IMG/VR virus record: IMGVR_UViG_3300020201_000027
Coordinates: 1 to 54,496 of that record
Direction: 5' to 3' (one strand)
Length of the DNA stretch: 54,496 nucleotides
From: a virus
Taxonomy: Duplodnaviria > Caudoviricetes
Shown: positions 7,975-15,491 of the stretch, piece by piece
How the letters are laid out: every line of letters starts with the position of its first letter
How positions within the stretch are numbered: the first letter of the stretch is position 1
The notes under the pieces: generated by a model
Seen by the model: the letters and a program-made list of their open reading frames with translations, nothing else
Databases searched by the model: none
Told to the model about the DNA's origin: nothing
Position numbers and translations under genes: made by a program

Positions 7975-7979
7975 CCCCT

Positions 7980-8174
7980 TCACTTCCCCAAATTGGTCAC
8001 CGCCTCATTGAGGAATGATCCGCAGCCGACAAATTCCCCAGGCGGGTCTTTCATAGCCACCTTCACCTTCACAGCAGCATCAGACATCACATTGTTTATT
8101 TCAATCTCTACGCTACCGCCTCCATTGTTTTGGACCCACCATACCAGCTCACGCACGCTACGGAAAGACCGCAT
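7980..8174 (-). CDS. Hypothetical protein
   Basis: 64 aa; TGATG coupling to the upstream peptide; terminator follows. Confidence 0.65.
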   Translation of the reverse strand: MRSFRSVRELVWWVQNNGGGSVEIEINNVMSDAAVKVKVAMKDPPGEFVGCGSFLNEAVTNLGK

Positions 8175-8275
8175 CAGAAGTTTCGCTCAATGAAGCGATA
8201 CAGCGGGCCAACCACCATCAGCCTCAGGCCAATCCCAAGGCCCAGGATCCAGAACAAGATCACGCTCTCAACCAT
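8174..8275 (-). CDS. 33-aa single-pass membrane peptide (not in ORF track)
   Basis: AGGAG RBS; MVESVILFWILGLGIGLRLMVVGPLYRFIERNF. Confidence 0.6.
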   Translation of the reverse strand: MVESVILFWILGLGIGLRLMVVGPLYRFIERNF

Positions 8276-8343
8276 CTCTTTTCGCTCCTATATAGAAGAA
8301 AGGGTAGCGGGGAGGGGGGTATCACCCCCCCCTCACCCTTAGC

Positions 8344-8847
8344 CTAGACGCGCGCCACCAGCTTACCTTTCCGGGGAGCGGCCACCAGCTTCCGCCCGAT
8401 GATGGCGATGGCGGTGGACTCCGCCTTGGCCTCGGCGGGGATGACAACGTCTCCCGCCTTGAGACCCTTGGGGAACCCGATCGCATTGGGAACCTCATTA
8501 GCCGAGACGAAAGCCCCATCCGCCCGGCGTTTGAGCTCGAAGTAAACGGCCGGCTTCGAGTTGCGGTGGAGGTAGAGCCCGGCCCGGACAGAAGCCGGAT
8601 CGTATCCGATACCCAACTCGGCATCGACCACCTTCGCCGCGAGGTCGATCCAGTCCGAGAGCGGGACCGGCGCCTTGGAGACCGCGAGAGCCTTGAGGGA
8701 GTTGGAGCGGAGGCTTTCCTTCCTCGCGTTATAGAACTCCCCAGTCCAGTAGATATAACGCCCGCTTTCCTCATAGCGCGCCTTAGCCGCTTTAAGGGCG
8801 TCAGGAGACACCGTTTCCGGGCGGCGGAAACCTTTAAATCCACGCAT
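8344..8847 (-). CDS. Hypothetical basic protein, fourth gene of the leftward operon
   Basis: 167 aa, GGAG RBS and ATG start; no Gln, Cys or internal Met. Confidence 0.8.
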   Translation of the reverse strand: MRGFKGFRRPETVSPDALKAAKARYEESGRYIYWTGEFYNARKESLRSNSLKALAVSKAPVPLSDWIDLAAKVVDAELGIGYDPASVRAGLYLHRNSKPAVYFELKRRADGAFVSANEVPNAIGFPKGLKAGDVVIPAEAKAESTAIAIIGRKLVAAPRKGKLVARV

Positions 8848-8884
8848 CGTTACTCTCCATTGTTTGGCCTTTCCGAAAGGAAAC

Positions 8885-8922
8885 CTTTCGGATAGTCGAG
8901 CCGAAACTCGACTATCCGAAAG
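8885..8922 (-). other. Perfect 16-bp hairpin
   Basis: CTTTCGGATAGTCGAG / CTCGACTATCCGAAAG with a TTTCGG loop on the minus strand. Confidence 0.8.
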
Positions 8923-8925
8923 AGG

Positions 8926-9231
8926 CTAGGAAAGGGGCGGAGGTAGCCTCCCCGTAGAGATATAGACGGGGAGAAGTATAGATAGGCTCCTAGGGTAGGT
9001 ATTAGAAGCCGCTTCTAGGACGTTACGGCCGTATCCGTAGAGGGTAGGAGTAACGAAGGTCGTATATCCGGTCGCTACTCCGCTCTTACCCTTATCTATT
9101 ACGAAATAACTACCCTTCTCTAACCCGCGCCCGAATACCCGGACTAGGATCGTTCCGATAGTAACTCTTTCGCCTTCGCGGAGGGGTAGACCCTCCGCTA
9201 CTAGCGCGCGCTCTATTAGGGACTTAGGAAT
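8926..9231 (-). CDS. 101-aa hypothetical protein, ATT start (not in ORF track)
   Basis: AGATAGGAGGCTACT-ATT; (M)PKSLIERALVAEGLPLREGERVTIGTILVRVFGRG...STGRLPPPLS*. Confidence 0.8.
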   Translation of the reverse strand: MPKSLIERALVAEGLPLREGERVTIGTILVRVFGRGLEKGSYFVIDKGKSGVATGYTTFVTPTLYGYGRNVLEAASNTYPRSLSILLPVYISTGRLPPPLS

Positions 9232-9256
9232 AGTAGCCTCCTATCTTTAGGAAGTA

Positions 9257-9637
9257 TTAAAGGCCGAACCGTTCCGAAAAGGCTCTATCCGCGGCGCGAG
9301 TTTCCGCCGCCGCGTAGACCTCGTAAGTAACTCCGGCTTCTTTCGCGCGGGCTTTATCTTCCGCGAGAATAAAATCGGCGACCGCTACTTCCGCTTCCGT
9401 ATAGGCGAGTAGGGCGATACTAGCCTCGCGGTATCTTTTCGCGTATTCTTTAGCCGCTTCCGTAACGCGACGAGTAGCCTTTTCCTCGATAAGGATAGCC
9501 TTACTATAGGCTTCCCTAGCTAGGGTATAGGCGAAACTCTTTACTTCCCCTATCGCCCTTTCCGTAGCGTCTCGCGCGAGAATATACTTAGCGCGCGCCT
9601 CTATTTCGTTAAGCCGTAGACGATTTAGCGTTTCGAT
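9257..9637 (-). CDS. 126-aa helical hypothetical protein, ATC start (not in ORF track)
   Basis: AGATAGGAGGCTACT-ATC; (M)ETLNRLRLNEIEARAKYILARDATERAIGEVK...RAADRAFSERFGL*. Confidence 0.82.
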   Translation of the reverse strand: METLNRLRLNEIEARAKYILARDATERAIGEVKSFAYTLAREAYSKAILIEEKATRRVTEAAKEYAKRYREASIALLAYTEAEVAVADFILAEDKARAKEAGVTYEVYAAAETRAADRAFSERFGL

Positions 9638-9652
9638 AGTAGCCTCCTATCT

Positions 9653-9862
9653 CTAAAGAGCGCGAAGGGCGGATCGGGCGGAAATTCGCGCGCGCCGGGC
9701 GGAGTAGGTAGCCTTATCCGCGCGCTCTATAGCGTCCCTCTCCCCGTTAAGAGAGGCTAAGGCGTTAAGGCGCCCCGCCTCGTAAGAGAGGGTAGTAAGA
9801 GCGTCTATAGCGTAGAGAGCTCGCTTCTTAAGCGAGGAAGGGGAAGCGGGAGATTTAGGAAT
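9653..9862 (-). CDS. 69-aa hypothetical protein, ATT start (not in ORF track)
   Basis: AGATAGGAGGCTACT-ATT; (M)PKSPASPSSLKKRALYAIDALTTLSYEAGRLNAL...ARSALRAL*; its stop abuts the next RBS cassette. Confidence 0.78.
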   Translation of the reverse strand: MPKSPASPSSLKKRALYAIDALTTLSYEAGRLNALASLNGERDAIERADKATYSARRARISARSALRAL

Positions 9863-9923
9863 AGTAGCCTCCTATCTTTAAGGTTAGAGAGGCTAAGGGC
9901 CCTTCCCTCTCTCTCTATTTAGG

Positions 9924-9952
9924 AGTCTATACCCTACCCCCCCCTAGGTCTA
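9924..9952 (-). promoter_or_regulatory. Putative sigma70-like promoter TAGACC-N17-TAGACT
   Basis: Exact 17-nt spacer, about 60 nt upstream of the first ATT start. Confidence 0.55.
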
Positions 9953-10087
9953 GTTACGACTTGTTAATATAGGGCTTGTGTTTTTCGGCTCGCTTCCGGG
10001 CTCGCGTAGAGGTAGTTGTAGCCTCCCACAAGTTGCATCGCGCACCAACATCGCGCACGCCGACAATCTCACACCAACACCCGCACA

Positions 10088-10107
10088 AAAAATTTTGCAA
10101 AATTTTT
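10088..10107. repeat. 20-bp perfect palindrome upstream of terminase genes
   Basis: AAAAATTTTGCAAAATTTTT within a CA-rich non-coding tract. Confidence 0.7.
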
Positions 10108-10189
10108 CACCAACAGCAAACACAAACACCATTTCACACAATGTCACAAAAATATAACTAGCCCCGGCAATCTCCATCATATAGGATAA

Positions 10190-10840
10190 ATGCCGTTAAC
10201 CCCAATCAACCCAAGCCAACAGAATATCATGTCTCGCAAGAAAGTGCCAAGTCCAAAAGAGCCCACCAGACAGGATGAGTATCTGGTCAAGCGTTCAATA
10301 ACGCAAGCAATGAAACATGACATGGCAGGCGGCGTGCTGCCACTAGTCGTTGATTCAAAGCAGCGTGCCATGGCGATTGCGAGAGCCCGGCCAGCACCGA
10401 CCATCAATTTGAAAGAGAACCTGCTTAGGATAGTTGAGGAAGCAGACCCTCTTGGGTTCCTGATAAGCGTTCAGCGAGGAGACCTTCAGCCAGTCAGCCA
10501 CGTGAACGGAATTGGGGAAATTGAGGTGCGGTATGTGCAACCTGACCTGGGCATACGGGTTGGAGTGGCTGAGTTCCTGGTCCATAAGATATTGCCAACG
10601 ATCAGCTTGAAGATGCAGAACCCATTTCAGGATGGAGCAGAATCAGAAAAGGAAGCGCCTGTCCGCCCCGGCCAACCCGGTGCTCCAACTTTCAGCGAAA
10701 TGGTTAGCCGGGCGGCGGTGATGGCGCGTGCACAAGCAGCTGGACATGACAAGTTGCCTGGGGCCAGATTTGAACCGGTGAAAGATGAAGGACAAACATA
10801 TGGGGGACAAATCATTGAACCGAACGATGATGACGAATGA
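10190..10840 (+). CDS. Putative terminase small subunit
   Basis: First gene of the packaging operon; size and DPLGFL...R..VAEFLVHKILP pattern; called mainly by position. Confidence 0.55.
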   Translation: MPLTPINPSQQNIMSRKKVPSPKEPTRQDEYLVKRSITQAMKHDMAGGVLPLVVDSKQRAMAIARARPAPTINLKENLLRIVEEADPLGFLISVQRGDLQPVSHVNGIGEIEVRYVQPDLGIRVGVAEFLVHKILPTISLKMQNPFQDGAESEKEAPVRPGQPGAPTFSEMVSRAAVMARAQAAGHDKLPGARFEPVKDEGQTYGGQIIEPNDDDE

Positions 10841-10953
10841 GTTGAAGCAGGAGGCGTATGCTGAGAAGCGTCGTCTACAGACTACTCACAATCTGGACAG
10901 GCATTTCCTCATTTACTTTGTGGAGCCTCCGCCAAAAGGGGAAAGGGCAGTCC

Positions 10954-11175
10954 GTGAATGAGTCTGGGGATCGAAGGTTCTGGGCAGCGGTCTTTGTCAC
11001 AGTTGTGATCCTGGGGCTGTATGCCATGGTGATCGCTGGGGTGGCTCCGGTGCCGGTGGATGACCTGAAGGAGACGTTGAAGATGAGCGTGGTTGCTGTC
11101 ATCAGCTATTGGATTGGTTCCAGCAGCGGCAGCGCGGCCAAAGATGCACCCCGAGCCCCGGTCATCAAAGAATGA
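10954..11175 (+). CDS. Putative holin (two TM helices)
   Basis: FWAAVFVTVVILGLYAMVIAGV and VVAVISYWIGSSSGSAAKD; probable GTG start (longer ATG start at 10858 possible). Confidence 0.6.
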   Translation: MNESGDRRFWAAVFVTVVILGLYAMVIAGVAPVPVDDLKETLKMSVVAVISYWIGSSSGSAAKDAPRAPVIKE

Positions 11176-12686
11176 GCCTGATTGATGCCATGGCATATTG
11201 GCGCAACAACCCAGTCGAGGCCGTCAAGGACTGGTTTGGGGTGACGCCTGAAGACTATCAAGGTGATGTTATCAATTCCTTGATGGGGCCAACAGGCATG
11301 GACCGCGTTACGGTGAAGAGCGCGCATGGCGTCGGCAAGACCAGCGTGGAGGCCTGGACTGGTTGGATTTATCTCATGACCCGTCCAGTTAGCCGCGTTG
11401 TGGCAACTGCACCAACTCAGAGCCAGCTAAAGGACATCCTGTGGTCTGAGTATGCTAAGTGGCACCAGAAGATGCCAGAAGAATTTCAGGGAATGTGGGA
11501 CATAAGTGAGACGCACATTCGCCACAAAGAGCTGCCCAAGACCTGGTTTGCTGTGGCGCGCACAAGCAATAAGCAGGAGAACCTGCAGGGGTTCCACGGC
11601 GACAATATCTTCGTCCAAATTGACGAGGCATCTGGCGTCCCAAACAACGTGTTTGAGGTGATCGAGGGCATTCTCACCTCTGCTGACGAGCATGGATTGG
11701 AGGCAAAGTTGCTCATGGCCGGGAACCCAACGCAGCTTGGCGGCGAGTTCTACAATAGCTTCAACCGCAACAAGCTCTTGTATTCCCGGTTCACTGTCTC
11801 GGGAGACAGAACCCTCCCAACTGACAAAAACGGCGGCAAAATATACCTATCCAGGCGCGTGACTGAGAAATATCGCAGCACGATGGGCGCCAAGTATGGC
11901 TACCAATCAGCAGTATATGACGTGCGTGTTCGCGGCCTGTTCCCCACTGTTGGCGATGGCGTTGTGGTTCCATTCGATTGGGCAGAGAGGGCGCAGTATA
12001 TTGAGCTGCCAAGGTTCGACTATGTGGCTGATGGCATCACCCTGGTCATGGACGTTGCGCGGTCTGGCGGCAATGAGACGGTCCTGGGCGCATTCCGGCG
12101 CGGGCACTGTCTCTGGCTCCAGGCCAGGCCGCAGACCATGACCAATGAGTGCGTGAACATGATCATTGAGGCCAAGACCAGCCTGGAGGCCAATCAGCTT
12201 CGAGTCATACGCATAATTGTGGATGAGCCAGGAGTTGGCGGCGGAGTCATTGATGTGGGACGCAATGCCGGCCTGGCCATAACTGCCTACAATGGCGGCT
12301 CTGGCCTTTCTGCTGAGAACGGCGATAACCCTGATGAAATTCGGATGTTTGCGACACGTCGCTCGCGGGATTGGTGGGTGGTTCGCAGGATGATGGAAAG
12401 CGGAGCTATGAAGATACCTGAGGACGAGGAGTTGGTCAATCAACTTGCCTCTCTCAAGTATGAATACAGCGACCGTGACAAAATAATGGTCGAAACCAAG
12501 AGAAAGCTGCGCGAGCGTCTTGGTGGTGATGCCACAATTGACCGGGCTGACGTCATTGTTATGGGCTGCGCTCCGTGGAAGAGCCTTATCAATGCAACCC
12601 CGGTTCTCACGCCTGAGCAGCTGGCTGACTTGGATTATGCTGCATTGCGCCCCACCTCTGAGCACAACTTGAGCGAGTTCTCCTGA
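11172..12686 (+). CDS. terL: Terminase large subunit
   Basis: Walker A-like SAHGVGKT, Walker B VQIDEA, coupling motif GNP, nuclease MDVARSG...D and DRADV. Confidence 0.92.
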   Translation: MSLIDAMAYWRNNPVEAVKDWFGVTPEDYQGDVINSLMGPTGMDRVTVKSAHGVGKTSVEAWTGWIYLMTRPVSRVVATAPTQSQLKDILWSEYAKWHQKMPEEFQGMWDISETHIRHKELPKTWFAVARTSNKQENLQGFHGDNIFVQIDEASGVPNNVFEVIEGILTSADEHGLEAKLLMAGNPTQLGGEFYNSFNRNKLLYSRFTVSGDRTLPTDKNGGKIYLSRRVTEKYRSTMGAKYGYQSAVYDVRVRGLFPTVGDGVVVPFDWAERAQYIELPRFDYVADGITLVMDVARSGGNETVLGAFRRGHCLWLQARPQTMTNECVNMIIEAKTSLEANQLRVIRIIVDEPGVGGGVIDVGRNAGLAITAYNGGSGLSAENGDNPDEIRMFATRRSRDWWVVRRMMESGAMKIPEDEELVNQLASLKYEYSDRDKIMVETKRKLRERLGGDATIDRADVIVMGCAPWKSLINATPVLTPEQLADLDYAALRPTSEHNLSEFS

Positions 12687-13114
12687 TGCAAATGAGAATG
12701 GTTCGCACTGGCTTCTACAGGAATGAGACTGTTGGCGACCTATATATTGATGGGCACCATTTCTGCTATACCCTGGAGGATACTGTCCGTGCGCCAGGAA
12801 TCAAGGTAGCGGGCAAAACTGCCATTCCTTATGGGAAATATACTGTCAGGGTGACTTGGTCACCTCGCTTCAGGATCAATATGCCGTTGCTGATTGGCGA
12901 CGATACATTCAACAAAGATTGGTCAGGGGTGCGCATCCACGCTGGCAACTCCCACACAGACACAGAAGGCTGCATTCTGGTCGGCAGGACTCTGATTCAG
13001 TGTGGGCTCGGATATGAGTTGCGCGCCAGCCGACTTGTTTATCTGGACCTGCTTGAGAGACTGGTCTACCACAGAAAAGATGTCTATTTGGAGATTTGCA
13101 ATGGCGTGGTATGA
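12686..13114 (+). CDS. DUF5675-like protein (putative endolysin)
   Basis: YTLED...KTAIPYGKY...GVRIHAGNSHTDTEGCILVG. Confidence 0.75.
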   Translation: MQMRMVRTGFYRNETVGDLYIDGHHFCYTLEDTVRAPGIKVAGKTAIPYGKYTVRVTWSPRFRINMPLLIGDDTFNKDWSGVRIHAGNSHTDTEGCILVGRTLIQCGLGYELRASRLVYLDLLERLVYHRKDVYLEICNGVV

Positions 13115-14522
13115 TGGTCTGACTACAGCCTTCCGTTCTGCCGTTGGTCGCCCTCGCAATATTGAGAGTGAGGTTACTGTCCATGAGGGCGCATCACTAT
13201 CTATGTGGCCAAAATTGGAGAGCAATCGCAAAGATGCGCTCTACACTCTCACCAATACTGATGAATTGCTTCGGCGCCAAGGATTCAAGGTATATCGAGA
13301 CATGCTGGCAGATGACACCGTCAAGGCATGCCTTTCATTCAAGAAGATTTTGGTCCACGGCCGCAAATGGACTGTATCTCCAGCTGGCGGCAATAATTCC
13401 AGCGAGCAGCAGCAAAAGCACGCTGACTTTGTTCTGGACGCAATGCAGGGCATTGCAATGAACCGGATCATCCGCGAGATGTTGACGGCATTCAATTTCG
13501 GCTTCAGCATGGGAGAGATCATCTGGGAGGTCAAGCCGCTCGGGGATGATTCTGAGCTCAAGGTTTTGCTCAAGGATATCAAATTCCGTGCTCCTGATTA
13601 CATCTGGATTGACATGGATATGCACGGCAATATCGTTCGCTTCCGTCAGGAACCTGGAGTGGCGCCTGGCGTTGTCCTCTTGAATCCGAACAAGGTGATC
13701 CATTACGCCTATGGCGGCGAACATGGCAATCACTATGGGGTGAGCGATCTGCGCGCTTGCTATGCTGCGTGGTGGTCCAAAAAGTTCATCACCCAGTTCT
13801 GGAATGTGTTCCTAGAACGGTTCGGACAGCCTCTGATGATGATGAAATATCCGCAGGGCGCTGACCAAAACCTCAAAGACTCACTCAAGTCTATTCTCAC
13901 CAGCCTGTCCAGTCGGTCAGACATTCTTGTGCCAGAAGGCGTTGAGATCAACTTGATTGAGGCCACGCGCGCTGGCAGCGCAGGATACTCAGAGGCTTTG
14001 AATTATTGCGATGTCCGCATCTCTCGGGGCATCCTAGTCCCGGCTCTCCTTGGGATGGGCACAGATGTGAAGCGAGGCGCAGACAGCCAGAGCAGACTTC
14101 ATCTCCGCATTCTCATGAAACTTGCCAATGATTCCTGCGAGGACATCTCTGCAGAAATGAAGAAAAAGATCATTGAGCCTCTCATCATGATGAATTTCTC
14201 GGACTACAAGCCTGGCATGGAGCTTCCTGACTTCGTATTCCTGGATTATGGGGAGTATGAGGGCATTGAGATCGTGGACAGCGCCATCAACATGTTCAAC
14301 TCTGGCATGCTGGATGTAGACCAAAAAGACATCAACTTCCTGCGGTCAGCAGTAGGTCTGCCGCTTCGTGAGGAAGGAGATGAGGACGAGGTTATGAGGG
14401 CTCCGCCACCGCCGACAGGAACCAGCCCAAATGACCCGAATGCAACAGGAGCAGGAGGGTCCAAGAACAACAACCGAGCAACCAAAGGACCAGCAGACAA
14501 GGTAGCGTCTGGCGGCGCCTGA
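13101..14522 (+). CDS. Portal protein (Mu gp29/DUF935-like)
   Basis: FGFSMGEIIW, YGVSDLRACY..W..K, WNVFLERFGQP...KYP motifs; position after terL. Confidence 0.88.
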   Translation: MAWYDGLTTAFRSAVGRPRNIESEVTVHEGASLSMWPKLESNRKDALYTLTNTDELLRRQGFKVYRDMLADDTVKACLSFKKILVHGRKWTVSPAGGNNSSEQQQKHADFVLDAMQGIAMNRIIREMLTAFNFGFSMGEIIWEVKPLGDDSELKVLLKDIKFRAPDYIWIDMDMHGNIVRFRQEPGVAPGVVLLNPNKVIHYAYGGEHGNHYGVSDLRACYAAWWSKKFITQFWNVFLERFGQPLMMMKYPQGADQNLKDSLKSILTSLSSRSDILVPEGVEINLIEATRAGSAGYSEALNYCDVRISRGILVPALLGMGTDVKRGADSQSRLHLRILMKLANDSCEDISAEMKKKIIEPLIMMNFSDYKPGMELPDFVFLDYGEYEGIEIVDSAINMFNSGMLDVDQKDINFLRSAVGLPLREEGDEDEVMRAPPPPTGTSPNDPNATGAGGSKNNNRATKGPADKVASGGA

Positions 14523-14543
14523 GCACAAAATTGGATAGGGCAC

Positions 14544-15458
14544 ATGAACATTGCATTCACTACCTGGGTGACGCCTGGGACGCTTCGCTGGCACACTCGT
14601 TTCTTTGTGCCAAGCTTTATTCGTTGCCTATCCAGCACGCCGGTGATTCCTGGCGCAAAGATCAGTGTGCATATCGCGTTATATGACTTGCCAGATCACA
14701 TCTGCGACTATATTGCAGATGCCTGGAAAAATTGCCCTATTCCTGTGTCTTTTCGCAGAGAGAGCCACCCTGGTATGCGCCGGCACCATCTGATGTTCCG
14801 CGCGTTCAATCGGATTGCCGGGCTTGAGCCTGACAGCGCTCACATTTACGACTATATTATCTCTCTGATGCCGACCACCATCTTTGAGAAAGATGCCGTC
14901 CGAGACTATTTGGACAGTGCTGTGCGTATGGAGATGATGCCAGAAGCAGGAGCGGTGGTCCACATTCGCGGCACCGCAAAAATAATGACGCACGACAGGA
15001 ACGCCATCACCCCAAAGAACTCCTGGTGGCTTCGGTGCCATGAGGGCATAACATTCAGAAATATTGGCAAGAACAGCGCAATATATGATTTCTTCATTCA
15101 TCGCAGTATCAACGTCAAGAGCAAGATGTATCTTGAAGACACTGCAATCCTCTATGGCTTGATGATGGAAGGTCACGGTCTATATGTACGACATTACCAT
15201 CAGGCAACCACATTCGATCCTATGTATGCTCGGTCAGCCCACAGGCACATGCTGAACCCATATGGGCGTGTTCGCGGAGACAACTGGGACTGTAATTTGA
15301 ACAATGGATGGACTGGCGCACATGACAAGACGTTCTTTGATCAGTTTCTAGAAGTTGGCTCTTGGATGAAGAAATATGACTTCATCAAAGGATTGAGCTA
15401 CAAAATAGGGTTCCTGGGACAATTTTATTCAAAAAACGAAACATTAAAAAAACAGTAG
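14544..15458 (+). CDS. Hypothetical protein inserted in the head module
   Basis: 304-aa ORF, aromatic/His-rich, no recognised motif. Confidence 0.7.
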   Translation: MNIAFTTWVTPGTLRWHTRFFVPSFIRCLSSTPVIPGAKISVHIALYDLPDHICDYIADAWKNCPIPVSFRRESHPGMRRHHLMFRAFNRIAGLEPDSAHIYDYIISLMPTTIFEKDAVRDYLDSAVRMEMMPEAGAVVHIRGTAKIMTHDRNAITPKNSWWLRCHEGITFRNIGKNSAIYDFFIHRSINVKSKMYLEDTAILYGLMMEGHGLYVRHYHQATTFDPMYARSAHRHMLNPYGRVRGDNWDCNLNNGWTGAHDKTFFDQFLEVGSWMKKYDFIKGLSYKIGFLGQFYSKNETLKKQ

Positions 15459-15491
15459 CGCATCCAGAAAACTGACGATATAGTCCTGCTT

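Noticed and set aside
9230-9877. Three identical 17-nt repeats read as a CRISPR or mini-array
   Set aside because: Spacing is 225-406 nt and irregular, each repeat is an SD plus start of an open frame, and no cas genes are present.
8867-9961. Stop-codon reassignment or assembly artefact as the cause of the ORF gap
   Set aside because: The minus-strand frames are open under the standard code once ATT/ATC starts are allowed, and TAG/TAA act as stops. The coherent promoter, RBS, hairpin and compositional gradient argue against an artefact, though read support is unchecked.
8867-9961. Avoidance of an mRNA interferase site (e.g. MazF ACA) as the sole explanation
   Set aside because: Both CA and UG are missing from the mRNA strand; a single-stranded ACA cutter would not require loss of UG or of AUG starts.
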